From positions 1,510,451 through 1,574,450 of the forward strand of contig CAVUPM010000001.1 of the NCBI GenBank assembly GCA_963743355.1: a DNA stretch of 64,000 nt, written 5' to 3'. Origin of the DNA: an uncultured Candidatus Rokubacteria bacterium. Lineage in GTDB: Bacteria; Methylomirabilota; Methylomirabilia; Rokubacteriales; CSP1-6. Below are positions 1 to 14,202 of the stretch, piece after piece (position 1 is the first letter of the stretch; the number at the start of each line of letters is the position of its first letter). The notes under the pieces were generated by a model. That model made no database searches. It had not been told where the DNA came from and worked only from the letters and a program-made list of their open reading frames with translations. Position numbers and translations under genes: made by a program.

Positions 1-283
1 GGTGGTGACGCCCGAGGAGTACATGGGCGCGATCGTCGGCGACCTCAACAGCCGCCGCGGCCGCATCGTCTCGATGGAGGCCCGCGGCACCTCCCAGGTG
101 ATCCGCGCCAACGTCCCGCTGGCGACCATGTTCGGCTACGCGACCGAGATGCGGTCGATGACCCAAGGGCGGGCGACGTACACGATGCAATTCGCCCGCT
201 ACGAGGAGGTCCCGACGGCGATCTCCGAAGAAATCATGGCCAAGGTCGCGGGCAAGCCCGTCGCCCGCGCCGGAACCCGCTGA
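1..283 (+). CDS. fusA: elongation factor G, C-terminal fragment (5' end outside window)
   Basis: ORF 2..283 carries the conserved EF-G domain V motif ([24 protein letters not shown]). It lies immediately upstream of tuf, as in the str operon. Confidence 0.9.
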   Translation, partial: VVTPEEYMGAIVGDLNSRRGRIVSMEARGTSQVIRANVPLATMFGYATEMRSMTQGRATYTMQFARYEEVPTAISEEIMAKVAGKPVARAGTR

Positions 284-313
284 GAACAGAGCGTAGTCGG
301 AGGAAGGTAGACG

Positions 314-1507
<1,194 letters not shown>

Positions 1508-1510
1508 GTC

Positions 1511-1831
1511 ATGGTGACTCTAACCACCGACCAGAAGATTCGCATCCGGCTCAAGGCGTACGATCATCACCTCCTGGATCGGTCGGTCAAGGAGATCGTG
1601 GAGACCGTTCGTCGCACCGGGGCCCGCGTGGCCGGGCCCGTGCTGCTGCCGACGGTCATCAACCGGTGGACGGTGCTCCGCTCGCCGCACGTCGACAAGA
1701 CCTCGCGCGAGCAGTTCGAGATGCGCACGCACAAGCGCCTGCTGGACATCGTCGACCCCACGCCCCAGACCGTCGACTCGCTCATGAAGCTCGATCTGCC
1801 GGCCGGCGTAGACGTCGAAATCAAACTCTGA
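1511..1831 (+). CDS. rpsJ: 30S ribosomal protein S10
   Basis: 106 aa. [14 protein letters not shown] and [12 protein letters not shown] are conserved S10 sequence. First gene of the S10 operon order. Confidence 0.95.
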   Translation: MVTLTTDQKIRIRLKAYDHHLLDRSVKEIVETVRRTGARVAGPVLLPTVINRWTVLRSPHVDKTSREQFEMRTHKRLLDIVDPTPQTVDSLMKLDLPAGVDVEIKL

Positions 1832-1863
1832 GCCTTCGCAGCGCATTGAGGATCGTGTAACCC

Positions 1864-2541
1864 ATGGCACGCAAAGAAGGACTGATCGGCCGCAAGGTCG
1901 GCATGACGCAGGTGTTCGGGGACGACGGCAATCACCTCCCCGTGACGGTCGTCCAGGCCGGGCCCTGCACCGTCGTCGGCATCCGGACCAGGGAGAGCCA
2001 CGGCTACGACGCGCTCCAGCTCGGCTTCGAGGCCGGCCGCAAGAAGATGTCCAAGCCGGCGGCGGGCGTCTTCCAGAAGCTGAACCTGGAGCCGATGCGG
2101 ATCGTCCGGGAGATCCGGCTCGAGAAGCCCGAGATGCTCCAGGGCTATGAGGTCGGCAAGGCCGTGACCGCCGACCTCTTCGCGGCCGGCGAGTTCGTCG
2201 ACGTCATCGGCGTCACCAAGGGCAAAGGCTTCCAGGGCGGCGTGAAGCGCTTTGGCTGGTCCGGCGGCGACTCGACGCACGGATCGATGTTCCACCGGGC
2301 CCCCGGCTCGATCGGCGCTTCGTCGGATCCCTCGCGGGTGTGGCCCGGCCACCGCCTGCCGGGGCGCATGGGCGGCGTGCAACGCACCGTGCTCAACGTG
2401 TCCGTCGTCCGGGTGATGCCGGAGCAGAATCTCGTGCTACTGCGCGGCGCGGTGCCGGGTGCCAACGGGTCGCTGGTCATGCTCCGCAAGTCGATCAAGA
2501 CCACGAAGCAACAGCAGCAGAAAGCGGCGGACAAGAAATAA
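1864..2541 (+). CDS. rplC: 50S ribosomal protein L3
   Basis: 225 aa. [14 protein letters not shown]-terminus typical of L3. Confidence 0.95.
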   Translation: MARKEGLIGRKVGMTQVFGDDGNHLPVTVVQAGPCTVVGIRTRESHGYDALQLGFEAGRKKMSKPAAGVFQKLNLEPMRIVREIRLEKPEMLQGYEVGKAVTADLFAAGEFVDVIGVTKGKGFQGGVKRFGWSGGDSTHGSMFHRAPGSIGASSDPSRVWPGHRLPGRMGGVQRTVLNVSVVRVMPEQNLVLLRGAVPGANGSLVMLRKSIKTTKQQQQKAADKK

Positions 2542-3167
2542 TGCCGACGGTACAGGTCCTGGACGGCAAGGGGAAGCAGGCCGGCACGCTCGAGCTGCGG
2601 CCCGACGTGTTCGGCGTCGAGATCAAGGGCCCGCTGCTGCACCAGGCGGTCGTCCGCGAGCTCGCCGACCGCCGTGTCGGCACCCACGACACCAAGGGGC
2701 GCAGCGAGGTCTCGGGCGGCGGCCGGAAGCCGTGGAAGCAGAAGGGCACCGGCCGCGCCCGGCAGGGCAGCATCCGCGCCACCCAGTGGAAGGGCGGCGG
2801 CAAGCCGTTCGGCCCCACGCCGCGCAGCTACGACAAGGCGATGCCGCGGCAGATGCGGCGCGAGGCACTGCGAGAAGCCGTGGCGTCGACCATCGCGGGA
2901 GAGACGCTACGGGTCGTGGAGAGCGTGAGTGCCGACGGCAAGACCAAGACGCTGGTCACCGGCCTCGGCCAGCTCGGGCTGCGGCCGGTCTCCACGCTCG
3001 TCGTCGTGGCGACGCTGGGCGACACGCTGCTCCGGGCCGCCCGCAACGTACCGTGGCTGACGGTCGAGACACCGGACCACGTATCCGTGTACCAGGTGCT
3101 GCACGCGCGGCAAGTTGTGTTCGAGCGCGCGGCCCTCACGTTGCTGGAGGAGGCGCTCGGGTCATGA
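2541..3167 (+). CDS. rplD: 50S ribosomal protein L4
   Basis: Internal ATG at 2541 overlaps the rplC stop. [20 protein letters not shown]4 signature. Confidence 0.93.
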   Translation: MPTVQVLDGKGKQAGTLELRPDVFGVEIKGPLLHQAVVRELADRRVGTHDTKGRSEVSGGGRKPWKQKGTGRARQGSIRATQWKGGGKPFGPTPRSYDKAMPRQMRREALREAVASTIAGETLRVVESVSADGKTKTLVTGLGQLGLRPVSTLVVVATLGDTLLRAARNVPWLTVETPDHVSVYQVLHARQVVFERAALTLLEEALGS

Positions 3168-3454
3168 GGGATGCACGGCACGTGCTGATCCGCCCGTTGA
3201 TGACGGAGAAATCGATGCAGCAGAAGGAGACGCTGAACACGGTGGCCTTCCGCGTCCGGCCCGACGCCAACAAGGTCGAGATCCGGGCCGCGGTCGAGAG
3301 CGTGTTCAACGTGAAGGTGACGGCCGTCCGGACCGCGTCCTACGAGGGCAAGCTGAAGCGGATGGGCCGCTTCCAGGGCCGGCGCTCGGACTGGAAGAAG
3401 GCGATCGTGACGCTGGCGCCCGGCCACAAGATCGACCTCGTCGAGGGGGCCTGA
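3164..3454 (+). CDS. rplW: 50S ribosomal protein L23
   Basis: ATG at 3164 overlaps the rplD stop (ATGA). [10 protein letters not shown]...FRV L23 motif. Confidence 0.92.
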   Translation: MRDARHVLIRPLMTEKSMQQKETLNTVAFRVRPDANKVEIRAAVESVFNVKVTAVRTASYEGKLKRMGRFQGRRSDWKKAIVTLAPGHKIDLVEGA

Positions 3455-3459
3455 GCGCC

Positions 3460-4284
3460 ATGGGTATCCGCACCGTCAAGCCGACGTCGCCGTCGCGGCG
3501 CTATCTCACGTACGTCACGTACGAGGAGATCACCAAGACCGAGCCCGAGAAGAGCCTGCTCGCCCCCAAGCGGCGGACGAACGGCCGCAACGGGCACGGC
3601 CGTATCACGGTCCGCCACCGGGGCGGCGGGGCCAAGCGGATGCTGCGGCAGGTGGACTTCCGCCGCGACAAGCTGGGTATCCCCGCCCGGGTGGCCGCCA
3701 TCGAGTACGACCCGAACCGGTCGGCCCACCTGGCGCTGCTGCACTATCGCGACGGCGAGAAGCGGTACATCATCGCGACCCACGGCCTGAAGGTCGGCGA
3801 CACCCTGATGTCGGGGCCGCAGGCCGACATCGTGCCGGGGAACGCCCTGCCGATCCGGAACATCCCGGTCGGCACGCTCGTGCACAACGTCGAGCTGCAG
3901 CCGGGCCGCGGCGCCCAGCTGTGCCGCAGCGCGGGTACCCAGGCCCAGTTGCTGGCCAAGGAGGGCGACCGGGCGACGCTGCGGCTGCCGTCGGGCGAGG
4001 TGCGACTGGTCGGCCTGGAGTGCATGGCCACGATCGGCCAGGTCGGCAACCTGGACCACGAGAACGTCTCCATCGGCAAGGCGGGGCGGGTGCGCTGGCG
4101 GGGGTTCCGCCCGACCGTGCGCGGCACCGTGATGAATCCGGTGGATCACCCGATGGGCGGTGGCGAGGGCAAGGGCAAGGGTAACCACCCGATGACGCCG
4201 TGGGGCAAGCCGACCAAGGGTTACAAGACGCGGCGCGGTGCGAGGCCGAGCGACGCCTTCATCGTCACGCGCCGGAAGAAATAG
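3460..4284 (+). CDS. rplB: 50S ribosomal protein L2
   Basis: 274 aa. RHRGGGAKR and [19 protein letters not shown]2 signatures. Confidence 0.95.
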   Translation: MGIRTVKPTSPSRRYLTYVTYEEITKTEPEKSLLAPKRRTNGRNGHGRITVRHRGGGAKRMLRQVDFRRDKLGIPARVAAIEYDPNRSAHLALLHYRDGEKRYIIATHGLKVGDTLMSGPQADIVPGNALPIRNIPVGTLVHNVELQPGRGAQLCRSAGTQAQLLAKEGDRATLRLPSGEVRLVGLECMATIGQVGNLDHENVSIGKAGRVRWRGFRPTVRGTVMNPVDHPMGGGEGKGKGNHPMTPWGKPTKGYKTRRGARPSDAFIVTRRKK

Positions 4285-4293
4285 GAGCTCGGG

Positions 4294-4587
4294 ATGGGAC
4301 GCTCGCTCAAGAAGGGTCCGTACATCGACGAGAAGCTCTACGAGCGCGTCGAGGAGTTGAACCGCACGCGCCAGAAGAGGGTCCTGAAGACCTGGTCACG
4401 GCGCACCACGATCCCGCCGGAGTTCGTGGGCCACACGCTGGCCGTGCACAACGGCAAGAAGTTCATTCCGGTCTACGTGACCGAAAACATGGTCGGCCAC
4501 AAGCTCGGGGAGTTCGCGCTCACCCGGACGTTCAAGGCACACGGTCAGGCCGAGAAGGCCTCCGCCACGCCGACTGGGAAGTCGTAG
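4294..4587 (+). CDS. rpsS: 30S ribosomal protein S19
   Basis: 97 aa. [11 protein letters not shown] and [23 protein letters not shown]. Confidence 0.95.
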   Translation: MGRSLKKGPYIDEKLYERVEELNRTRQKRVLKTWSRRTTIPPEFVGHTLAVHNGKKFIPVYVTENMVGHKLGEFALTRTFKAHGQAEKASATPTGKS

Positions 4588-4593
4588 GCCGGT

Positions 4594-5112
4594 ATGATCA
4601 CGAGCGCTCGGGCGCGGTTCGTCCGCGTGTCGGCCCGCAAGGCGCGGCTGGTCCTCGACCAGATCCGCGGTAAGTCGGTGGGCGACGCGCTGGCGACGCT
4701 CACGTTCACGCCGCGGGCGGCCGCCCGCCTGATCGAGAAGGTGCTCCGCTCGGCGGTGGCCAACGCGGAGCACAATCACCAGGTGCGCAACCTGGACGAC
4801 CTGCGGGTCGTGCAGGCGGTGGCCGACGGCGGCCCCTCGCTCAAGCGCGTGCAGCCGCGCGCCATGGGCCGCGCGTTCTTCATCAAGCACCGCATGAGCC
4901 ACCTGACGATCGCGGTGAGCGACGAGGTGCACAGCACCCGGGGCGTCCTCACGCGCCCGCGGCACATGCGGATCCGCCGGCTCCCGGCCAACGTCCCGGC
5001 GGCCGCGACGGCGCCGGTGGCCGCGGCGCCCGCGGCCAGGGCGCGGCCGGGCCGGACGTCGTCGGGCGCGTCGCGGGGCAAGGGCCGAACGAAGCCAAAG
5101 GGGAAGAAATAG
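4594..5112 (+). CDS. rplV: 50S ribosomal protein L22, with ~60-aa Ala/Pro/Lys-rich C-terminal extension
   Basis: 172 aa. The N-terminal 110 aa are canonical L22 ([21 protein letters not shown]). The tail is low-complexity and basic. Confidence 0.9.
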   Translation: MITSARARFVRVSARKARLVLDQIRGKSVGDALATLTFTPRAAARLIEKVLRSAVANAEHNHQVRNLDDLRVVQAVADGGPSLKRVQPRAMGRAFFIKHRMSHLTIAVSDEVHSTRGVLTRPRHMRIRRLPANVPAAATAPVAAAPAARARPGRTSSGASRGKGRTKPKGKK

Positions 5113-5115
5113 GCG

Positions 5116-5760
5116 ATGGGCCAGAAGACACATCCGATCGGCTTCCGCCTCGGCTCCACGCGGACGTGGTCGTCGCGCTGGTTCGCGACGAAGAACTACG
5201 CCGACCTGCTGCACGAGGACGTCAAGATCCGCCGGCACATCAAGGACCAGCTCTACCACGCGGGCATCGCGAAGATCGACATCGAGCGCTCGGCCAACCG
5301 GGCGCGTATCACGATCTTCACGGCGCGGCCGGGCATCATCATCGGCCGCAAGGGCTCCGAGGTGGAGAAGCTCAAGAACGAGCTGCAGATGCGGACGGGC
5401 AAGGAGATCTACCTCAACATCGAGGAGGTCATCCACCCCGAGCTCGACGCCCAGCTCGTCTCCGAGAACGTCGCCCTGCAGCTGCAGAAGCGGGTGGCGT
5501 TCCGGCGAGCCATGAAGAAGGCCGTGACCTCCGCGCTCCGGCTCGGCGCCGACGGCATCCGGATCGCCTGCGCGGGCCGGCTGGGCGGCGGCGAGATCGC
5601 GCGCCGCGAGTGGTATCGGGACGGCCGGGTGCCGCTCCACACGATCCGGGCCGACATCGACTATGGCCTCGCGACCGCCCACACGACTTACGGGACCATC
5701 GGCGTGAAGGTCTGGATCTTCAAGGGCGAGGTGCTTCCTGCCGCGCCGGCCGAGGCCTGA
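5116..5760 (+). CDS. rpsC: 30S ribosomal protein S3
   Basis: 214 aa. [12 protein letters not shown] and the KH domain. Confidence 0.95.
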   Translation: MGQKTHPIGFRLGSTRTWSSRWFATKNYADLLHEDVKIRRHIKDQLYHAGIAKIDIERSANRARITIFTARPGIIIGRKGSEVEKLKNELQMRTGKEIYLNIEEVIHPELDAQLVSENVALQLQKRVAFRRAMKKAVTSALRLGADGIRIACAGRLGGGEIARREWYRDGRVPLHTIRADIDYGLATAHTTYGTIGVKVWIFKGEVLPAAPAEA

Positions 5761-5771
5761 GAGACGACGTC

Positions 5772-6188
5772 ATGCTGATGCCCAAGCGCGTCAAGTACCG
5801 CAAGGCCCAGCGCGGGAACATGCGCGGCAAGGCCCAGCGGGGCTCGTCGCTCGCCTTCGGCGAGTACGGCCTCAAGGCGCTGGAGCCGGGCTGGGTCACC
5901 AACCGCCAGATCGAGGCGGCCCGGGTGGCGCTCACCCGCAGCCTCAAGCGCGGCGGCAAGGTCTGGATCCGCGTGTTCCCCGACAAGCCGGTCACCAAGA
6001 AGCCGGCCGAGACGCGGATGGGCAAGGGCAAGGGCAACCCGGAGGAGTGGGTGGCCGTCGTCAAGCCGGGCCGCATCCTCTACGAGATGGAGGGCGTGAC
6101 CGTCGACGTCGCCAAGGAGGCGTTCCGGGTTGCGGGCAACAAGATGGGCATCGCGACCAGGTTCATCACGCGGACACGGACCCTATGA
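5772..6188 (+). CDS. rplP: 50S ribosomal protein L16
   Basis: In-frame ATG at 5772 ([11 protein letters not shown]). L16 signature [10 protein letters not shown]. Confidence 0.93.
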   Translation: MLMPKRVKYRKAQRGNMRGKAQRGSSLAFGEYGLKALEPGWVTNRQIEAARVALTRSLKRGGKVWIRVFPDKPVTKKPAETRMGKGKGNPEEWVAVVKPGRILYEMEGVTVDVAKEAFRVAGNKMGIATRFITRTRTL

Positions 6189-6532
6189 AGGCGGCCAGGT
6201 GGCGCGACCTCTCGGACGACGAGGTGACGCAGAAGGTGCGTGAGCTGTCCGAGGAGGTCTTCAATCTCCGGTTCCAGCTGACGATGGGCGTGGCCAAGAA
6301 CCCGTCGCGGATCGGCGAGGTCCGCCGCGACCTGGCCCGGGCCTACACGATCATCCGCGAGCGCGGCGGCACCCCGGCGGCGGTGGCGGCGGCCGTGGCG
6401 CCGGCGCCCGCTCCGGTGGCGGCGCCGGCCAAGGCGGCGGCGAGGAAGCCACGCGCCAAGGTGGCGGCCAAGGCCAAGAAGCCGGCCGCGGCGAAGTCGA
6501 CCAAGAAGACGAAGAAGAAAGCGAAGGGATAG
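6185..6532 (+). CDS. rpmC: 50S ribosomal protein L29, with ~50-aa Ala/Lys-rich C-terminal tail
   Basis: ATG at 6185 overlaps the rplP stop. The N-terminal ~65 aa are canonical L29 ([13 protein letters not shown]). The C-terminus is [19 protein letters not shown]-like, resembling a histone H1 tail. Confidence 0.88.
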   Translation: MKAARWRDLSDDEVTQKVRELSEEVFNLRFQLTMGVAKNPSRIGEVRRDLARAYTIIRERGGTPAAVAAAVAPAPAPVAAPAKAAARKPRAKVAAKAKKPAAAKSTKKTKKKAKG

Positions 6533-6536
6533 GCTC

Positions 6537-6791
6537 GTGGGCGAGCGGAAGACGCGAGAGGGCGTCGTGGTGAGCGACGCCATGCAGAAGACGCGGGTGG
6601 TGCGGATCGAGCGGGTCTACCGCCACCCCCGCTACCAGCGGGTGATCCGGATGTCCAAGAAGCTGAAAGCGCACGACGAGGAGAACGCCAGCCACGTCGG
6701 CGACCGGGTCCTGATCGAGGAGACACGGCCGCTGTCGAAGGAAAAGCGCTGGCGCATCCGCCAGGTGCTGACCCGCGTGGCCCGGGCATGA
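6537..6791 (+). CDS. rpsQ: 30S ribosomal protein S17
   Basis: 84 aa, GTG start. [41 protein letters not shown]17 pattern. Confidence 0.92.
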   Translation: MGERKTREGVVVSDAMQKTRVVRIERVYRHPRYQRVIRMSKKLKAHDEENASHVGDRVLIEETRPLSKEKRWRIRQVLTRVARA

Positions 6792-7156
6792 TCCAGCCGC
6801 GCTCCATGCTCGACGTCGCCGACAACTCGGGTGCCAAGAAGGTCCAGTGCATCCGGGTCATGGGTGGCGCCAACAAGCGCTACGCCTCCCTCGGCGACAC
6901 CGTCATCGTGGCGGTCAAGGAGGCGTCGCCCGACGGCACCGTGAAGAAGGGTGAGGTGGCGCGGGCGGTCGTGGTGCGGACGGTCAAGGAAGTCCGGCGC
7001 CGCGACGGCTCCTACATCCGCTTCGACCGTAACGCCGTCGTCCTGATCAAGCCCGACGAGAATCCGGTCGGCACCCGCATCTTCGGGCCGGTCGCTCGCG
7101 AGCTGCGGGAGCGGCAATTCACCAAGATCATCTCGCTGGCACCCGAGGTCCTCTGA
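6788..7156 (+). CDS. rplN: 50S ribosomal protein L14
   Basis: 122 aa. [24 protein letters not shown] is canonical. Confidence 0.96.
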   Translation: MIQPRSMLDVADNSGAKKVQCIRVMGGANKRYASLGDTVIVAVKEASPDGTVKKGEVARAVVVRTVKEVRRRDGSYIRFDRNAVVLIKPDENPVGTRIFGPVARELRERQFTKIISLAPEVL

Positions 7157-7157
7157 T

Positions 7158-7484
7158 ATGCAGGCGATTCACGTTCGACGGGGCGATACGGTCGGCGTCA
7201 TCGCGGGCCGCGAGCGCGGCAAGCGCGGCAAGGTGCTGCACGTGCTGACCGACAAGGGACGGGTCGTGGTCGAGCACGTCAACATGATCAAGAAGCACCA
7301 GCGGCCGACCCAGAAGCTGCGACAGGGCGGCATCATCGAGCGCGAGGGCCCGCTGGCGCTCTCCAACGTGCTGCCGATCTGCGGCCGCTGCGACAAGCCG
7401 GCCCGGACCGGCATCAAGGTGCTCGGCGACGGCCGCAAGGTCCGCACCTGCAAGCGGTGCGGCGAGCCGATAGACAAGGGTTAG
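7158..7484 (+). CDS. rplX: 50S ribosomal protein L24
   Basis: 108 aa. [22 protein letters not shown] domain. Confidence 0.93.
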   Translation: MQAIHVRRGDTVGVIAGRERGKRGKVLHVLTDKGRVVVEHVNMIKKHQRPTQKLRQGGIIEREGPLALSNVLPICGRCDKPARTGIKVLGDGRKVRTCKRCGEPIDKG

Positions 7485-7488
7485 AGAC

Positions 7489-8176
7489 ATGGCCAAGCCA
7501 GGCGGAAGTCCCGCACCGAAGGCGCCGGCCGGCAAGGGGCCGGCGCGGCCGCAACAGCAGCCCCGCCGGGGTGACAAGGGCGCCCCCGAGGCGCCCACGG
7601 TGAAGACGCGGCCCAAGGGCACCGGCGAGGTGCCGCCGCGGCTGAAGGAGCACTTCGCTCGCACGGTGACGGGGGCGCTCATGAAGGAGCGCGGCTACGA
7701 CAACGTGTGGCAGGTGCCCGCGGCTCGAGAAGGTCGTGCTCAACATGGGCGTCGGCGAGGGCCGCGACAACGCCAAGATCCTCGACTTCGCGACCGCCGA
7801 TCTCCAGCTGATCACCGGCCAGAAGCCGATCGTCACCCGCGCCAAGAAGTCGATCGCCAACTTCAAGCTGCGCGAGGGCGTGCCGATCGGGGCCAAGGTG
7901 ACGCTGCGGGGTGCCAGGATGTACGAGTTCCTCGACCGGCTCATGAACATCGCCCTGCCCCGGGTGCGCGACTTCAAGGGCGTGCCGCCCAAGGGCTTCG
8001 ACGGCCGGGGTAACTACGCGCTGGGGCTGCGGGAGCAGCTGATCTTCCCCGAGATCGTCTACGACAAGATCGACAAGGTGCGCGGGATGGACATCAACAT
8101 CGTGACGACGGCGCGGACGGACGAGGAAGCCAAGGCACTCCTCGCGCAGCTCGGCATGCCGTTCAGGGAGTCCTAG
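7489..8176 (+). CDS. rplE: 50S ribosomal protein L5. A 1-nt frameshift near 7720 disrupts the reading frame, and there is a ~48-aa basic Pro-rich N-terminal extension or alternative GTG start near 7600.
   Basis: ORF 7489..8013 holds the L5 N-terminus ([28 protein letters not shown]), then loses frame. ORF 7736..8176 holds the rest ([10 protein letters not shown]...DINIVTTA). The sequence ...GTGCCCGCGGCTCGAGAAG has one extra base relative to [12 protein letters not shown]. Confidence 0.85.
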
Positions 8177-8179
8177 ATC

Positions 8180-8365
8180 ATGGCCAAGACTGCGCTGATC
8201 ATGAAATCGCTGGCGACCCCGAAGTTCTCGACCCGGGCCTACAGTCGCTGCCGGCTGTGCGGGCGACCCCGCGGCTATCTCCGGAAGTTCCGGATGTGCC
8301 GTCTGTGCTTCCGTGAGCTCGCCCTCAAGGGCGAGGTGCCGGGCATCGTGAAGGCGAGCTGGTAA
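8180..8365 (+). CDS. rpsN: 30S ribosomal protein S14, type Z (zinc-binding, 61 aa)
   Basis: [10 protein letters not shown]...CRLCFRE zinc-ribbon S14. Confidence 0.92.
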   Translation: MAKTALIMKSLATPKFSTRAYSRCRLCGRPRGYLRKFRMCRLCFRELALKGEVPGIVKASW

Positions 8366-8760
8366 TGCGCAGCGATCCGATCGCCGATCTGCTCACCCGC
8401 ATCCGCAACGCCAGCAACGCCGAGCACGAGAAGGTCGACATTCCGTCCTCCCGGCTGAAGGTGCGCATCGCCGAGCTGCTGAAGGACGAGGGGTTCATCA
8501 AGAACTTCCGCGTGCTCGAGGACGGCCGGCAGGGCATGCTGCGCGTGTATCTGAAATATGGCACCAGCAACGAGAAGATGATCTCGGGGCTCGTGCGCAT
8601 ATCCACGCCGGGCCGCCGCGTCTACGTGACCCACGACAAGATCCCGTCGATCCTGGCCGGCATGGGCGTGGCGCTGCTGTCGACCTCGCGCGGCGTGTTC
8701 ACGGACCGCGAGGCCCGCAAACAGAAGGTCGGCGGCGAAGTCCTCGCCTACGTGTGGTAG
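8365..8760 (+). CDS. rpsH: 30S ribosomal protein S8
   Basis: 131 aa. [14 protein letters not shown] is canonical. Confidence 0.95.
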   Translation: MRSDPIADLLTRIRNASNAEHEKVDIPSSRLKVRIAELLKDEGFIKNFRVLEDGRQGMLRVYLKYGTSNEKMISGLVRISTPGRRVYVTHDKIPSILAGMGVALLSTSRGVFTDREARKQKVGGEVLAYVW

Positions 8761-8770
8761 GAGCTTCCAT

Positions 8771-9314
8771 ATGTCTCGCATCGGCAAGAAACCGATTCCG
8801 ATCCCCCCGGGCGTCAAGGTCCAGCTCGACGGCCTGACCGTCCGCGCCGAGGGCCCCAAGGGCAAGCTGAGCCAGCTGGTGCCCGCCGGGCTGACGCCCA
8901 GGGTCGCCGACGGCACCCTCGTCATCGAGCGCAGCGGCGAGGACCGCCGCGCGCGCGCGCTGCACGGCCTGGCCCGCGCGCTGGTGGCCAACATGGTGAC
9001 CGGCGTCAAGGACGGCTTCGAGCGCAAGCTGGAGATCGTCGGCATCGGCTACCGGGCCCAGATGCAGGGCAAGAGCATCCAGCTGGCCCTCGGCTACTCG
9101 CACCCGGTGCTGTTCCCGCTGCCCGACGGCGTGACGGCCGAGATCGACAGGCAGACGGCCATCACCTTGCGAGGTCGCCGACAAGGCGGTGCTCGGCGAG
9201 ACCGCCGCCAAGCTGCGGTCGCTGCGGAAGCCCGACCCCTACAAGGGCAAGGGCATTCGCTACGCGGGCGAAACGGTGCGCCGCAAGGTCGGCAAGAAGG
9301 CGGGCGCGAAATGA
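8771..9314 (+). CDS. rplF: 50S ribosomal protein L6. A 1-nt frameshift near 9170 disrupts the reading frame.
   Basis: ORF 8771.. reads the L6 N-terminus ([11 protein letters not shown]). After ...AITL the alternate frame gives [34 protein letters not shown]...KAGAK*. The stop overlaps the rplR ATG at 9311. Confidence 0.85.
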
Positions 9315-9676
9315 TCATCAAGGACAAGCGGGGGCCGCGCGACAAGCGGCATCACCGCCTGCGGCGCTGGGTTCGAGGCACGGCGGCCCGGCCTCGTCTG
9401 GCGGTGTTCCGCAGCCTCAACCACATCTACGCCCAGATCGTCGACGACGAGACCGGACGCACACTGGTCGCCGCCGACAGTCGCAGCAAGGAGTTCCGGA
9501 GCGGCCAGCCACGAGGTGGCAACGTGGCCGCCGCCAAGGCGGTGGGCGAGCTGCTGGCCCAGCGGGCCAAGGCCGCGGGCCTCGAGCGCATCGTGTTCGA
9601 TCGCGGCGGGTACAAGTACCATGGGCGCGTCAAGGCGCTCGCGGATGGCGCGCGGGCCGGCGGCCTCGTGTTCTAG
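9311..9676 (+). CDS. rplR: 50S ribosomal protein L18
   Basis: 121 aa from the internal ATG ([19 protein letters not shown]...[16 protein letters not shown]). Confidence 0.92.
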   Translation: MIIKDKRGPRDKRHHRLRRWVRGTAARPRLAVFRSLNHIYAQIVDDETGRTLVAADSRSKEFRSGQPRGGNVAAAKAVGELLAQRAKAAGLERIVFDRGGYKYHGRVKALADGARAGGLVF

Positions 9677-9827
9677 CCGGGCCGATGAAAATGGCCCATC
9701 TGCGTCGTTCGATCGGAGGGGGCCTCGGCGGCCCCCTCCGACGCCTCCCCCCGGGAGGCGCGGGCAAAGCCCGCGCTCGAAATGGTGGGGCAGCGCTTGG
9801 CGACCGGGGCCATTTTCATCGGCCCTA
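9677..9827. repeat. Structured palindromic intergenic element. A 19-bp perfect outer inverted repeat (GGGCCGATGAAAATGGCCC / GGGCCATTTTCATCGGCCC) encloses three GC hairpins. The same 22-nt core, GCGCGGGCAAAGCCCGCGCTCG, also occurs at 28351-28372.
   Basis: Direct reading. Outer arms at 9679-9697 and 9807-9825. Inner hairpins are GGAGGGGGCC/GGCCCCCTCC (9715-9739), CGCCTCCC/GGGAGGCG (9742-9760) and GCGCGGGC/GCCCGCGC (9758-9776). It lies in a 232-nt rplR-rpsE spacer that is normally about 10-20 nt. Confidence 0.6.
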
Positions 9828-9908
9828 CGCGCGAGGCAACGGGACCGGGACGAGGCGCGAGGTGACGGGACTGATGGTTCGATGATGGACGGGAACAGGA
9901 GAAACTGA

Positions 9909-10446
9909 GTGGCGGAAGCGAAGATCGATCCCAGCGTGCTGGAATTGAATGATCGGGTCGTCTCCATCAACCGGGTGGCCAAGGTCGTGAAGGGCGGACG
10001 GCGGTTCTCGTTCACCGCGTTGGTCGTGGTGGGCGACGGCCGTGGTCACGTCGGTGTCGGGCTTGGCAAGGCCCACGAGGTGCCGGAGGCGATCCGCAAG
10101 GCGGTCGAGCACGCGAAGAAGGACCTCATCTTCGTCCCGCTCAAGGACACGACGATCCCCTGCGAGATCACCGGTCACTTCGGTGCCGGCCGGGTCTTCC
10201 TCAAGCCGGCCGTGCAGGGCACGGGGGTCATCGCGGGCGGCGCGGTGCGTCCCGTGCTGGAGGCGGCCGGCGTGCAGGACATCCTGACCAAGACGCTGGG
10301 GTCGAACAATCCCGCACAACGTCCTCAAGGCCACCATCGACGCGCTCCGGCGGATCAAGCGACTGCAAGATCTGCACGCGGCGCGGCGGCGCGGCGGCGA
10401 CGGCAATCTGGCAGAGGAGACGGTCGGTGCCAAGCAAGAAGCTTAA
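9909..10446 (+). CDS. rpsE: 30S ribosomal protein S5. A 1-nt frameshift near 10312 disrupts the reading frame.
   Basis: GTG start with an [30 protein letters not shown]5 domain. After TKTLGSNNP the alternate frame continues [20 protein letters not shown]...VGAKQEA*. Confidence 0.85.
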
Positions 10447-10615
10447 GCTCACGCTGGTCAAGAGCATCATCGGTCTCAGCCCCAAGCAGGAGGGCACCGT
10501 CAAGGCCCTCGGCCTGCGGCGGATGTGGCAGCAGGTGAGCCACGACGACACCCCGATGATCCGCGGCATGATCGCCAAGGTGCCGCACGTCCTGCAGGTG
10601 ACCCATGAGGCTTGA
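10427..10615 (+). CDS. rpmD: 50S ribosomal protein L30
   Basis: 62 aa. [29 protein letters not shown]. Confidence 0.92.
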   Translation: MPSKKLKLTLVKSIIGLSPKQEGTVKALGLRRMWQQVSHDDTPMIRGMIAKVPHVLQVTHEA

Positions 10616-11074
10616 TGAGCTACGCCCGGCCCCGGGGGCCGTCGCCCGTCGCAAGCGCGTGGGCCGCGGGCCCGGCTCCGGCCACGGCAAGACGTCGACC
10701 AAGGGGAGCAAGGGTCAAAAGGCCCGCTCGGGTGGCGGCAAGACCAACGGATTCGAGGGCGGCCAGATGCCGCTCTACCGCCGCATCCCCAAGCGCGGCT
10801 TCACGCCGTTCGGCGGCAGGACCGGCTACGCCGTCGTGAACCTCAAGGCGCTGGAGGCGTTCGCGGCCGGCGGCGTGGTCGATCCCGACGGCCTCGCCAA
10901 GGCGGGCCTCATCAAGCGGTCGCAGCGCGCGCGCGTGAAGATCCTCGGTGACGGCGAGGTGCCGCACGCGCTGACCGTGCGCGTGCACGCGGTCAGCGAG
11001 TCGGCGCGGACGAAGATCGAGGGCCAGGGCGGCCGCGTCGAGGTATTGCCCGAGAAGGAGAAGGCGGCGGCTTC

Positions 11075-11078
<4 letters not shown>
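10605..11078 (+). CDS. rplO: 50S ribosomal protein L15
   Basis: 157 aa. [29 protein letters not shown]15 signature. Confidence 0.94.
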
Positions 11079-13056
<1,978 letters not shown>

Positions 13057-13060
<4 letters not shown>

Positions 13061-13819
13061 TCGAATTGAAGTCGGCGCGCGAGATCGGGCTCATGCGACG
13101 AGCCGGGCACATCCTGGCCGACGTCGTCGACCGCCTGCGCGTCGGGCGTGAAGGCCGGCATGTCCACGCTGGAGATCGACGAGGACGTCGAGAGCTTCAT
13201 CCAGTCCCAGGGCGCCCGGCCCGCGTTCAAGGGCTATCGGGGATTCCCGGCCACGGTCTGTATTTCGATCAACGAAGAGGTCGTGCACGGGATTCCCTCC
13301 GCCCAGCGTCGCGTGAGCGAGGGCGACATCGTCGGCCTGGACCTGGGGTGTATCGTGGATGGGTACTACGCTGACTGTGCGTTCACGCTCGCCGTCGGCG
13401 ACGTGCCGCCGCGGGTCCAGGAGTTGCTCGAGGTGACGCGCGAGAGCCTCGACCTGGGCATCGTCGAGTGCCGTCCGGGTCGCCGGTTGTCCGACGTCTC
13501 GCACGCCATCCAGTCGCACGTCGAGAGGCACGGCTTCTCGGTCGTCCGCGCCTTCGTCGGCCACGGCATCGGCCGGGCCCTGCACGAGGAGCCCCAGGTG
13601 CCGAACTTCGGCGACCCGGGTCGTGGGCCGCAGCTGCGGCCGGGCATGGTCCTGGCCATCGAGCCGATGGTGACGATGGGAAGCTGGGAGGTCAAGATCC
13701 TGGACGACGGCTGGACGGCGGTGACCAGGGACGGTAGCCTGGCCGCCCACTTCGAGCACACGATCGCGGTGACGGAGTCAGGGCCGGAAGTGCTGACCAG
13801 CAAGAGCGGCGGCTCGTAA
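13057..13819 (+). CDS. map: methionine aminopeptidase type I. A 1-nt frameshift near 13140 disrupts the reading frame.
   Basis: [24 protein letters not shown]-terminus, then ORF 13148..13819 holds the pita-bread catalytic core (GDIVGLDLG...[11 protein letters not shown]...FEHTIAVT). Confidence 0.87.
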
Positions 13820-13841
13820 GCCGGGCCGCCTGAGAGCGGGA

Positions 13842-14060
13842 ATGCCAAAAGAAGACGCGATCGAGGTCGAGGGCACCGTGGTGGAGCCGCTACCGAACGC
13901 GATGTTCCGCGTCGAGCTGGAGAGCGGCCACCGCGTCCTGGCGCACGTCAGCGGCAAGATGCGGATGAACTTCATCCGGATCCTGCCAGGCGACCGGGTG
14001 AAGGTGGAGCTGTCGCCCTACGACCTCACGCGTGGCCGGATCACGTACCGGTTCAAGTAG
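13842..14060 (+). CDS. infA: translation initiation factor IF-1
   Basis: 72 aa. [28 protein letters not shown]...RITYRFK. Confidence 0.95.
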   Translation: MPKEDAIEVEGTVVEPLPNAMFRVELESGHRVLAHVSGKMRMNFIRILPGDRVKVELSPYDLTRGRITYRFK

Positions 14061-14074
14061 GGAGCGAACGAGCG

Positions 14075-14188
14075 ATGAAGGTGAGACCGTCGATCAAGAC
14101 GCGGTGTGAGCACTGCAAGATCGTCAAGCGCCAGGGCGTGGTGCGGATCATCTGCAAGAACCCGCGACACAAGCAGCGGCAAGGGTAG
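14075..14188 (+). CDS. rpmJ: 50S ribosomal protein L36
   Basis: Translation by eye gives [37 protein letters not shown] (38 aa, zinc ribbon). Not in the supplied ORF track, being too short. Confidence 0.85.
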   Translation: MKVRPSIKTRCEHCKIVKRQGVVRIICKNPRHKQRQG

Positions 14189-14202
14189 AGCGGAGACGAG
14201 CT

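Noticed and set aside
9685-9885. 66-aa ORF inside the rplR-rpsE structured element
   Set aside because: Gly/Arg-rich with no RBS. It coincides with nested inverted repeats, so an RNA or DNA structure explains the sequence better than a peptide.
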